The position numbers were made by a program, and so were the translations under genes. Of a stretch of 64,000 bases of DNA, positions 1 through 8,367 are shown in pieces (the first letter of the stretch is position 1; each line of letters starts with the position of its first letter). The DNA lies in contig JAIPHX010000002.1 of the NCBI GenBank assembly GCA_021734995.1, forward strand, positions 80,189 through 144,188. The letters run 5' to 3'. The stretch is from Minisyncoccota bacterium. Lineage in GTDB: Bacteria; Patescibacteriota; Minisyncoccia; Phycocordibacterales; UBA9973. The notes under the pieces were generated by a model. It saw only the letters and a list, made by a program, of their open reading frames with translations. It searched no databases and had not been told where the DNA came from.

Positions 1-70
1 GTTTATACAAGAAGGAGACACTGTAAGAATCAACACCGAAACTGGAGACTACGTAGAGAGAGTTTCCTAA
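1..70 (+). CDS. efp: Elongation factor P, C-terminal fragment (gene starts upstream of window)
   Basis: Frame 2 translates ...FIQEGDTVRINTETGDYVERVS*, matching the conserved EF-P C-terminus (EGDxIKVDTRTGEYVxRV); stop at 68-70. Confidence 0.6.
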   Translation, partial: FIQEGDTVRINTETGDYVERVS

Positions 71-77
71 ATACTAC

Positions 78-112
78 AAAAAAACCTCAGGCTTTCGCTT
101 GAGGTTTTTTTG
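78..112. terminator. Bidirectional rho-independent terminator between convergent efp and rpsR
   Basis: ACCTCA(ggctttcgct)TGAGGT hairpin (84-105), A-run before and T7 run after. Confidence 0.7.
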
Positions 113-136
113 TTTAAAATATTTATCAAACTGCGT

Positions 137-337
137 TTATCTAGCAACAAAAGGAAGTAAACCCAAAAAGCGAGCATTCTTCACGGCACGAGCTAGCTTG
201 CGTTGATTTTTAGACACTACACCAGTTCTTTTGTGCCCTACTATCTTACCATTTGGATTCAAAAATCTCTTTAGAATATCTATATTTTTATAATCTATAT
301 GTTTTATATTGTTTGCTGAGAAATAATCTTGTTTCAT
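137..337 (-). CDS. rpsR: 30S ribosomal protein S18
   Basis: 66 aa; ILKRFL..GKI...R.TG......QRKLA.A+K.AR.L.LLPF signature of S18; in rpsF-ssb-rpsR order. Confidence 0.9.
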   Translation of the reverse strand: MKQDYFSANNIKHIDYKNIDILKRFLNPNGKIVGHKRTGVVSKNQRKLARAVKNARFLGLLPFVAR

Positions 338-380
338 AATTTTACTAATTTATTTTAATTGTTTGTTTATTAAAAATTTA

Positions 381-821
381 TTAAAAAGGAATGTCTTCTG
401 GGTTGATGTCTTCTTCTGGATACTCTATGCTATCTACTTCTTCGGATTGCTTTGAAGCTCCTTGAGCAGGAGAACTTGTAGATGCTCCTCCCCCTTTTGG
501 ACCAAATTGAATTCTATCTGCGATAATCTCCGTGCGATATTTCTTTTCTCCACTAGATTTATCGTCCCAACTTCTAGTCTGCATTCTTCCTTCTACTAAG
601 ATTGAATTACCTTTTTTCATATACTGAGAGACAGTCTCAGCTTGTCTGCCAAATACCACAATATTGTGATAATCAGCGGATTCTTGTCTAGTTCCATTCT
701 TATCTTTCCAAACACGATTGGTAGCCAAGGAAAAAGAACACACCTTAATACCTGAAGGTAAAGAACGCAATTCTGGATCGCGAGTAAGGTTCCCTATTAA
801 CATTGCTTTATTTAAAAACAT
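381..821 (-). CDS. ssb: Single-stranded DNA-binding protein
   Basis: OB-fold SSB N-terminus (NKAMLIGNLTRDPELR...), Gly/acidic tail ending in DIPF; between rpsF and rpsR. Confidence 0.9.
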   Translation of the reverse strand: MFLNKAMLIGNLTRDPELRSLPSGIKVCSFSLATNRVWKDKNGTRQESADYHNIVVFGRQAETVSQYMKKGNSILVEGRMQTRSWDDKSSGEKKYRTEIIADRIQFGPKGGGASTSSPAQGASKQSEEVDSIEYPEEDINPEDIPF

Positions 822-863
822 ATTTTTTATAAAACGCTATCCCAGTAGCTGGTTAACTTATAA

Positions 864-1373
864 TTAAACTGCAGCATCTGCTAGTGCGTCTATTTCTTTA
901 TCTATTTCTTCTTCGTTTACTTCTACGACTTCTTTCTTTTCCTCTTTTGATCTTCTCCCCACCCCACTTCCTGCATAACGTCTGGAAACAAGGGTATTTT
1001 CACGGACAGTCTTGGTAATCAAAAATCTTATAAAGTCTTGATTTAAAGTCAAATATTTCTTTACATCTGCTATTTTAGCAGTCTCAAGCTCAAATTTTAC
1101 CCAACCAAAATATGCAGAATCAAATCTGTGACGGATATTTTTGATGGACTTAGTCATTACGTAAGCTAAAGTAATCATTTTTGGCATTTCGCTAGAAATA
1201 ATCTCAGCCCCCATATTTTCTAAGGTATTTTTCATATCCCCCAATATTCCGATAGTGTTTTCTTCTGTAAGAGTAGGCACTAAAAGATACCCTATCTCAT
1301 AGATTTGTCGGCGTTCCGAGTCTTTTTCGGAATCAATATCTTCTTCTTTTAATACATCTGACATGAACTTCAT
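864..1373 (-). CDS. rpsF: 30S ribosomal protein S6 with acidic C-terminal extension
   Basis: YEIGYLL...core resembles S6; conserved operon context with ssb and rpsR. Confidence 0.8.
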   Translation of the reverse strand: MKFMSDVLKEEDIDSEKDSERRQIYEIGYLLVPTLTEENTIGILGDMKNTLENMGAEIISSEMPKMITLAYVMTKSIKNIRHRFDSAYFGWVKFELETAKIADVKKYLTLNQDFIRFLITKTVRENTLVSRRYAGSGVGRRSKEEKKEVVEVNEEEIDKEIDALADAAV

Positions 1374-1483
1374 CTTAACAGAAAACTTTTAAAATGTCCA
1401 ATTTTTAAATACGTTGTATTATCAATGTTTAGTGGGGGTTTTAAAAAACCTTATTAAAAAAATAATACTATATACAGAGACAA

Positions 1484-2329
1484 TTACACACCCCATACTC
1501 TCTTGGCATTTTGAAACAAGATACGGGCAGTCTCTTTTTCAGAGAGTCCTTTTACTTCTGCAATTTTTTTGACTACTTCTTTTACATAAGAAGGCTCATT
1601 TCTCTTCCCTCTATAAGGGACAGGTGCTACATAAGGAGCATCCGTCTCTGTCATAATCATTTCAATTGGAATATTTTTTATTACCTCATCATAATCTTTA
1701 GTAAAAGTAATCACCCCTGTAAAAGATATAGTAAAACCAAAATCCACAAAAGCTTTTGCTTCTTCTACGCTTCCAGCAAAAAAATGAACATCTCCTTTTA
1801 CTTTGGCATATTCTTTTAAAATCTGTAGGGCGTCTTTGTATGCATTTACACTTTGGTCTTCTTTGTTGTTTCTGATATGCAACATAATCGGCTTCCCTAC
1901 TTCGTTTGCCAATTGAATTTGAGAGATAAAAGCATCTTTTTGTTTTTGGATTGAATCTTTTTCCAAATGAAAATAATCCAATCCACATTCTCCGATACCG
2001 ACAGTCTTTGGATCTTCTAAAAGAATACGATATGCTTCCATATCAAAAATCTCTCCACGAGAAGTAAATTCCTTCCCTCCTTCTCCGAGTTCTTTTTCGT
2101 CATGATATGAAGCTCCTGTGTGAATAGGGTGCAGTCCTATGATGGCATACACTCCTGTCTCGTATTGGTGCGCCATTTCTACTGCTTTTTTTGATGTATC
2201 TATTTGTGTTCCGACATTGATAACCCAAGTATCTGCGTCTAATGCACGCTTTATGACAGCATCTCTGTCTTCATCAAAAGCTTTAAAATTAACATGACTA
2301 TGTATATCTATGTATTTCATACTGATCAA
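1484..2329 (-). CDS. tatD: TatD family metal-dependent DNase/hydrolase
   Basis: MKYIDIHSHVNF... start, GECGLDY and ETDAPY motifs typical of the TatD amidohydrolase fold; adjacent to metG as in many bacteria. Confidence 0.9.
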   Translation of the reverse strand: MISMKYIDIHSHVNFKAFDEDRDAVIKRALDADTWVINVGTQIDTSKKAVEMAHQYETGVYAIIGLHPIHTGASYHDEKELGEGGKEFTSRGEIFDMEAYRILLEDPKTVGIGECGLDYFHLEKDSIQKQKDAFISQIQLANEVGKPIMLHIRNNKEDQSVNAYKDALQILKEYAKVKGDVHFFAGSVEEAKAFVDFGFTISFTGVITFTKDYDEVIKNIPIEMIMTETDAPYVAPVPYRGKRNEPSYVKEVVKKIAEVKGLSEKETARILFQNAKRVWGV

Positions 2330-2421
2330 AATTGTAACACAAAAGATGAGTCAGTGGGAAGTTGCCAATTATTTTAAAGGATAATATATTATATATAAGG
2401 GCTAGATCCATTTTCTAGCCT

Positions 2422-2637
2422 ATGAAGATATTCTTTACCAAACATTTCAAACAAAGATTAAAAGAAAGATCTATCTCTATTTTTCAGATATACCAAATTA
2501 TAAAATATCCAGATTACAGAGAAAAAGTACACCAAGATAGAATATTACTAAGAAAACATTTTGGAAGTAGGTCAATCAATTTAATCTGCGTGATTAAAAA
2601 CAAAAAAATTATAATTATTACAACTTATTCTAAATGA
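2422..2637 (+). CDS. DUF4258-like small protein (putative toxin component)
   Basis: 71 aa; HFKQRLKERSIS resembles the DUF4258 H..ER..ERGIS motif; 4-nt overlap (ATGA) with the following DUF2283-like gene. Confidence 0.5.
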   Translation: MKIFFTKHFKQRLKERSISIFQIYQIIKYPDYREKVHQDRILLRKHFGSRSINLICVIKNKKIIIITTYSK

Positions 2638-2834
2638 AAATAACTTACGATAAAATCGCAGACGCCCTATATATATACTTAAAAAAATCAAAGGTGTCTG
2701 AAACCATGCAAGTAAATGCAGACACTTTTATAGATATAGATAAATATGGAAAATTACTAGGAATAGAAATTCTAAATGCTTCTCATCAAATCCCAAAAGA
2801 AAAACTATTAAAAACAACCACAAGTACCATCTAG
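2634..2834 (+). CDS. DUF2283-like small protein (putative antitoxin partner)
   Basis: 66 aa; MKITYDKIADALYIYL...GKLLGIEILNAS matches the DUF2283 family signature (MKITYD.EADALYI ... GIEILNAS). Confidence 0.55.
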   Translation: MKITYDKIADALYIYLKKSKVSETMQVNADTFIDIDKYGKLLGIEILNASHQIPKEKLLKTTTSTI

Positions 2835-4292
2835 CTACTTCCTCAAAAACAATGGATTGGTAGGTTTTTTATTTTCTTTTATAAAAGCTTGTATCTTGTG
2901 ACTTGTCTCTGGCAACAATGGCCCAAGCAATACTGCGATATTGTATAGCTCTAAAACCATTTCAGATATCAGATTCTTCCCTTTTGCTTCATCTGTTTTA
3001 ATAAGCTTAAACGGCTCTGTGTCTTGAATCTTTTTATCTAAGACTGTAATCTTCCCCCATACATAATCCACCGCTTTTTTTAAATCAAAAGTCTCATATA
3101 TATCAAAATATTCTTTGTGATTTTGTATTATTTCATCAACTGTAGGCAAAATTATTTCTGTATCTAAATATTTTTCAGACAAAGTCAAAAGTCTAGAAGA
3201 AAGATTGCCAATTCCGTTTGAAAGCTTAGCATTGTAAGCTTCTTTAAAACGCTCTGCGGAAAAAGGACTATCTTCAAAACTTCCAACTTCTCCAAGTAAA
3301 AAATATCTCAAGGCATCTGTCCCATATTCTTCTACAATCTCTCTAGGGTCTACCACGTTCCCAAGTGTTTTAGACATCTTTACTCCACCTTGTGCTGTAA
3401 TAAATCCATTCACAATGATCTGTCTAGAATTTGGTGCTCCTACAGCCATAAGCATTGCTTGCCACATTGCAGACTGAAAACGAGTATTGTCTTTACCACA
3501 ATACTGAGTAGGATTTCCTTCTACCCAATATTTTTTGAAATCTCCATTTTCATCAGGCCAGCCAAGAGTAGAGATATAATTTGTAAGTGCATCAAACCAC
3601 ACATACATCACATGGTCTGGATCATTCGGTACAGGCACCCCCCAAGGCATTTTAGTTTTAAGACGAGAAATAGAAAAATCTTGCAGACCATTTTTGACAA
3701 AAGATTTCATTTCATTAAAACGAAATTCTGGTATCACGAAACTTGGATTTTTTTCATAAAAGTCCAAAAGTTTTTCGGCAAAATCTGAATATTTAAAAAA
3801 ATAATTTTCTTCTGATATAAGCTCAAGGGGTCTACCTGTATGATCAGGGCATTCTCCATTGTCGTCTAGCTCAGAATCAGTCTTTTCACTTTCACATCCT
3901 GTGCAATATTTTGCTTCATAATTCTTTTTGTAAATGTATCCATTTTGAGCCACTCTTTTCCAAAATTCTTGGGCTGAAGCTTGGTGTTTAGAATCAGTAG
4001 TGCGGATAAAATGAACATCTTCACTTACTCCAAACATTTTTAACTGTTCTTTAAAAACTTCAAATCCAGCATCTACAAAGGATTGTGTTTCTTGTCCTGC
4101 TTCTTTTGCTTTATTAAAAATCTTGATTCCATGCTCATCTGTACCTGTATTAAAAAACACATCATACCCCATCATTTTTTTGTATCTAGCGATTGTATCA
4201 GCTCGGACAAACTCTAAAGCATGCCCCATGTGCAGTGGTGCGTTTACATAAGGAAGTGTGGTAGTAAGATAAAAAGTTTTATTTGTAGCCAT
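2835..4292 (-). CDS. metG: Methionyl-tRNA synthetase (short form)
   Basis: Class I HIGH-type motif (PYVNAPLHMGH), KMSKTLGN (KMSKS), MetRS zinc-knuckle region (CTGCESEK...CPDH). Confidence 0.95.
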   Translation of the reverse strand: MATNKTFYLTTTLPYVNAPLHMGHALEFVRADTIARYKKMMGYDVFFNTGTDEHGIKIFNKAKEAGQETQSFVDAGFEVFKEQLKMFGVSEDVHFIRTTDSKHQASAQEFWKRVAQNGYIYKKNYEAKYCTGCESEKTDSELDDNGECPDHTGRPLELISEENYFFKYSDFAEKLLDFYEKNPSFVIPEFRFNEMKSFVKNGLQDFSISRLKTKMPWGVPVPNDPDHVMYVWFDALTNYISTLGWPDENGDFKKYWVEGNPTQYCGKDNTRFQSAMWQAMLMAVGAPNSRQIIVNGFITAQGGVKMSKTLGNVVDPREIVEEYGTDALRYFLLGEVGSFEDSPFSAERFKEAYNAKLSNGIGNLSSRLLTLSEKYLDTEIILPTVDEIIQNHKEYFDIYETFDLKKAVDYVWGKITVLDKKIQDTEPFKLIKTDEAKGKNLISEMVLELYNIAVLLGPLLPETSHKIQAFIKENKKPTNPLFLRK

Positions 4293-4344
4293 ATAGAAAA
4301 ATAATATCAGTAAATCGCCTAAAAGTCATTATTTCAAAATAAAA

Positions 4345-4373
4345 GCAAAACGCCCCCTAGGGGACGTTTTTTA
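4345..4373. terminator. Hairpin plus T-run between M16 peptidase gene and metG
   Basis: ACGCCCCCTAGGGGACGT imperfect palindrome (one mismatch) followed by TTTTTT. Confidence 0.5.
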
Positions 4374-4431
4374 ATGAATACACTATTCTATAAATTTTTT
4401 AAATAAAGATCAGAATATTTTTCATGTAACA

Positions 4432-5700
4432 CTAAACCTTTAAAATTTTAAGAAATTCACCCTCGTCTTTAAATGGACCAACAATAGCTAGGTTTAACTT
4501 TGTATTTTGAAATATTTCTTTAGCTACCTTTTGCACATCTTTGTTTGTAATCATCCTCAAAGCTTTTGCTTTTTCTTCTGGTGTTCTGATTTTTTCTCTA
4601 AATAATTCTTGTTGTCCATAGAAACTTGCCAAACTACTAGAAGATTCCAAAGAAAGCTTCATATTGCCTATCAAATACTCCTGTGCTTTTTTGACTTCTT
4701 CTTCTGGTACTCCATTTTCTAATATTTTTTTACATTCTTCTAACACTACTTGGATTACTTCTTTCAACCTACCTTTATCTACCCCAGCTGATATTTGAAA
4801 AGAACCATGATCAGTAGAAGTGTCATTGTATGCATTTACATAGTACCCTACCCCCATTTCTTCCCTCAACTTTTCAAACAAACGAGAACTCATCCCTCCT
4901 CCAAGAATAGTGGAAAGTATGGTGATCGCATAATCTCTTTTATTAAATAAATCATAAGACCTAAAACCTAAAATGAAGTGAGCCTGATCAGTGTCTTTGT
5001 AATGCATTAAGACTGCCGGCTTTTGCTGGGTATCTATAGTTTTCTTTTTTGTCCCCTTTTTTGATTTTGGCATCTGCCCAAAAACTTTTTGAGCTTCTAT
5101 CAAAACATCTTTTGTTGTGACATTACCTGCTACCACAAACAGTGTAGCCTCAGGCACATAATGCAATTTTTTGTATTCAACAAAATCATCTTGTTTCATT
5201 GCTAAAATATTTTCTTTTTCTCCAAGAATACTCCACCCTGCTGGCTGATCACCATACAATAGCTTCATAAATATATCTTGCACGAAAATATTTGGCATAT
5301 CTTTGTACATATTCATTTCTTCTATGATTACTCCTTTTTCTTTTTCTATTTCTGCGACAGGTAATGTAGAATTTAAATAAATATCAGAAACAATATCAAA
5401 AATCTTCTTAAAATTTTTGGCACTAGACTTGGCATAATACCCAGTATATTCATAGCTAGTAAAAGCATTATATTGGCTACCAATAGAATCAAGCTCTCTA
5501 GATATATCTATCGCTTTGGGTCTTTTTGTCGTCCCTTTAAAAAACATATGTTCCAAAAAGTGAGAAATACCGTTTACTTTTTTGTCTTCATATTTACTAC
5601 CTGTCTCTACTAAAATCAAAACATTTGCAGTAGGATTGTCTTTCATTGGCACAGTAAGCACTCTCAAACCATTTTTTAAAGTATTTATTTTATATTTCAT
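4432..5700 (-). CDS. M16 family zinc peptidase (insulinase/pitrilysin-like)
   Basis: HxxEH inverted zinc motif (HFLEHMFFKGT) near the N-terminus, 422 aa. Confidence 0.85.
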   Translation of the reverse strand: MKYKINTLKNGLRVLTVPMKDNPTANVLILVETGSKYEDKKVNGISHFLEHMFFKGTTKRPKAIDISRELDSIGSQYNAFTSYEYTGYYAKSSAKNFKKIFDIVSDIYLNSTLPVAEIEKEKGVIIEEMNMYKDMPNIFVQDIFMKLLYGDQPAGWSILGEKENILAMKQDDFVEYKKLHYVPEATLFVVAGNVTTKDVLIEAQKVFGQMPKSKKGTKKKTIDTQQKPAVLMHYKDTDQAHFILGFRSYDLFNKRDYAITILSTILGGGMSSRLFEKLREEMGVGYYVNAYNDTSTDHGSFQISAGVDKGRLKEVIQVVLEECKKILENGVPEEEVKKAQEYLIGNMKLSLESSSSLASFYGQQELFREKIRTPEEKAKALRMITNKDVQKVAKEIFQNTKLNLAIVGPFKDEGEFLKILKV

Positions 5701-5827
5701 AATTATCTATGTATACCACATTTTTATAGTTATATAAAACATCTGCAAGATTTCCATTTTCCAACAAAAAAACTAGATTTACTTTTACGACATCTTTGAG
5801 AGTGTTACTTTCTTGAAATAAACAAAA

Positions 5828-7036
5828 TTAATCTAATTTACTTTTAATATTTAGTATATTATTTTTCTGTTTTGTTAAAGTCATCAACAAATACACTGTA
5901 ACCATAAAAACTCTTCCGAATCTAGATGCTTTTTTATTTTTACGGAACTCTTCCCTATTTTCTAAATCTTTTAATTCAGGGCTAAAATAAATCTTTTTTT
6001 CTTGAAGAAAACTAATATCATCATTAATTAAAGAAATTCCATGATCAACCATTTCACGCAATAATTCATGGTTATTTTTATGCTTAAATTCCAATTCGAA
6101 ATATTTAAAAGTTTGAAGCCAATAATTATAAATATTTTCCATACCTAAAATCTCATCCCCTTCCCCAATCCCCCCAGATGAATATTTATCTAGATTTAGA
6201 TATAAATCATGGTCGGGGTCTTCTTCATCTAAATCTTCATTAAAGTCGTCAATCAAGTCCTCGTCTGGGCCTTCGTCATCTAAATCTTCATTAAAGTCGT
6301 CAATCAAGTCCTCGTCTGGGCCTTCGTCCTCCCAAAAATCATCTTCCTCCCCTTCTAAAACCCCTTGACACCACATATCATAATCAGTGTTTAAAGAAAA
6401 ATGAATATTAAAACCAAAAAGAGAATCGGGTAACATTTCTTTATGAAGTGCTTCTAAATATAATTCTCCACAATCCAATTTATTATATTTTTCCAAATTC
6501 TCTATAATAGAAAAATATCTATTATAAGAAGATTCTAGTCCTTCATTTCCTTCAGAGAATACTGATTCAAAAATATTTAATCTTTTGTATTCATCACTTA
6601 ATTTATGAAAAATTATTAAAAAATCACTTATTTCATCTATATTTTTAACACCATCCATAAAATCATTTACACCAAAAAAAACATCCAGTAAAGATTGGAA
6701 AACATTCTTTAAAAAGAATGAGGTGTCATTATCCAAATTATCTTTATTAAAAGTTCTTAAAAAATCTACATACTTTTTCATATCTTTAACAACAAAATGT
6801 TTCTTTTTTATTATCGTATCAAAGAATTTTATTTCATCTAATTCTAGATTAATAGTTAAACCAATATCTTCAAAAGCTTTTTCAAGCTCAAAAATGTCAA
6901 CATTAATAACTGTATTTACTTTAATTAAAGTTTCTTGAAAGAAAGAATTAAATAATTTAATTCTTTCTTTCAAGTCTAATTTTTTTATTTCAGATGGGCC
7001 TTGAAAATTATTTTGTTCTAAGGGATTATTATCCAT
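5828..7036 (-). CDS. Hypothetical protein with internal acidic tandem repeat
   Basis: 402 aa, no recognised domain; contains EGPDEDLIDDFNEDLDD x2. Confidence 0.55.
   Translation of the reverse strand: MDNNPLEQNNFQGPSEIKKLDLKERIKLFNSFFQETLIKVNTVINVDIFELEKAFEDIGLTINLELDEIKFFDTIIKKKHFVVKDMKKYVDFLRTFNKDNLDNDTSFFLKNVFQSLLDVFFGVNDFMDGVKNIDEISDFLIIFHKLSDEYKRLNIFESVFSEGNEGLESSYNRYFSIIENLEKYNKLDCGELYLEALHKEMLPDSLFGFNIHFSLNTDYDMWCQGVLEGEEDDFWEDEGPDEDLIDDFNEDLDDEGPDEDLIDDFNEDLDEEDPDHDLYLNLDKYSSGGIGEGDEILGMENIYNYWLQTFKYFELEFKHKNNHELLREMVDHGISLINDDISFLQEKKIYFSPELKDLENREEFRKNKKASRFGRVFMVTVYLLMTLTKQKNNILNIKSKLD
6225..6326. repeat. Perfect 51-bp tandem direct repeat (2 copies) inside a CDS
   Basis: tcatctaaatcttcattaaagtcgtcaatcaagtcctcgtctgggccttcg repeated head-to-tail; encodes a 17-aa acidic unit. 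Confidence 0.9.
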
Positions 7037-7052
7037 AAATTTTTTAAAATTA

Positions 7053-8363
7053 TTACAACCTCTCTTTTATATATTCTTCTAAATCTGCAACTTTTACTCT
7101 CTCCTGCTCTCCTGTATCTCTGTCTCGGACGGTCACCGCATCATCAGAAAGAGTATCAAAATCCACTACTATACACCAAGGAGTACCTATCTCATCTTGT
7201 CTGCGATATCTTTTTCCAATATTTCCATTGTCATCCCATGCTACCCTTCCAAAAATTTCTTTTAGTGGGGCAAAGACTTTTACATTTGCATACTCTACCA
7301 ACTCTGGCTTGTTTTTTAGTAAAGGAGAAACTGCACAAATGATAGGAGCGATACTAGGCTTAAGCTTCAAATATGCTCGGATATCTCCATCTTTATCTTC
7401 TTCTGTATAGGCAGAAGCAAGCAAAGCAATTACTGTCCTGTCTACCCCAAAAGATGGCTCTATCACATGAGGCACCATTTTTTCACCTTTTTCTTCATCT
7501 ATATATTCCAAACCATGACTGTTTAAATCAAAATCAGTCCTATATGCTAAGCCATACAGTTCTTTGCGACCAAAAGGAAAATCAAATTCAAAATCTATAG
7601 TTCGTTTGGAATAGTGAGCTCTATCCTCTTCTGACACCTCAAGCTCATGTATCTTACCCATATCTATCCCTATCTCTTCAATCCATTCAAGCATTTCATC
7701 TCTGAAATATTCAAAATACTTTTCCCATTCATCAGCTCGGACAAAATATTCTATTTCCATTTGTTCAAACTCCCTTGTTCTAAATACAAAATCTCTTGGA
7801 GTAATCTCATTCCTAAAAGCTTTCCCAATCTGTGCCATTCCAAAAGGAAGCTTTGGATGAAAAGCATCCACTGTATTTTTGAAATTCACAAATATTCCTT
7901 GTGCAGTCTCAGGACGCAAATATGAAGTAGCTGAAGAATCTTCTACTGCTCCTATTTTTGTAGCAAACATCATGTTAAATTGCTTGGGAGTACTGAGAAG
8001 CTCTTCATCTTCTGGGCAATGTTGAAATCCATCATCCGAAATCTGTATATGATCTTCTCTGTATCTATTTTTACATTTTGGACATTCTACCATTGGATCT
8101 GAAAAATGATCTACATGACCTGTTGCTTGCCACACTTCTTGACGCATCAAGATAGATGCATCCATTCCATACATATCTCTACGATTTTCCACAAAATTTT
8201 TCCACCAAGAATTTTTAATATTATTCTTCAAAGCTACTCCTAGATGAGCATAATCCCAAGCCCCAGCAAGCCCTCCATATATTTCAGATCCTTGAAATAT
8301 AAATCCTCTCCTTTTACATAGAGATATTATTTTTTCCATCAATTCTTTTTGTGTATTTTCCAT
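7053..8363 (-). CDS. glyQS: Glycyl-tRNA synthetase (class II, single-chain type)
   Basis: 436 aa; RRGFIFQGSEIYGG...AWDY start, class II motifs, GlyRS anticodon-binding C-terminus. Confidence 0.9.
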   Translation of the reverse strand: MENTQKELMEKIISLCKRRGFIFQGSEIYGGLAGAWDYAHLGVALKNNIKNSWWKNFVENRRDMYGMDASILMRQEVWQATGHVDHFSDPMVECPKCKNRYREDHIQISDDGFQHCPEDEELLSTPKQFNMMFATKIGAVEDSSATSYLRPETAQGIFVNFKNTVDAFHPKLPFGMAQIGKAFRNEITPRDFVFRTREFEQMEIEYFVRADEWEKYFEYFRDEMLEWIEEIGIDMGKIHELEVSEEDRAHYSKRTIDFEFDFPFGRKELYGLAYRTDFDLNSHGLEYIDEEKGEKMVPHVIEPSFGVDRTVIALLASAYTEEDKDGDIRAYLKLKPSIAPIICAVSPLLKNKPELVEYANVKVFAPLKEIFGRVAWDDNGNIGKRYRRQDEIGTPWCIVVDFDTLSDDAVTVRDRDTGEQERVKVADLEEYIKERL

Positions 8364-8367
8364 ATAT

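Noticed and set aside
822-863. CCAG-tag-CTGG inverted repeat between rpsF and ssb as an SOS or regulatory site
   Set aside because: Short (4-bp arms), no similarity to the Cheo-type LexA box found in this window, no T-run. Likely incidental.
1511-1988. ORFs of 102 aa (+) and 96 aa (-) inside the tatD locus
   Set aside because: Both lie wholly within the well-supported minus-strand tatD CDS and have low-complexity translations with no similarity to anything. Typical antisense or off-frame artefacts in AT-rich DNA. The same holds for the other short ORFs nested in metG, ileS, argS, pnp, the CARDB gene and others.
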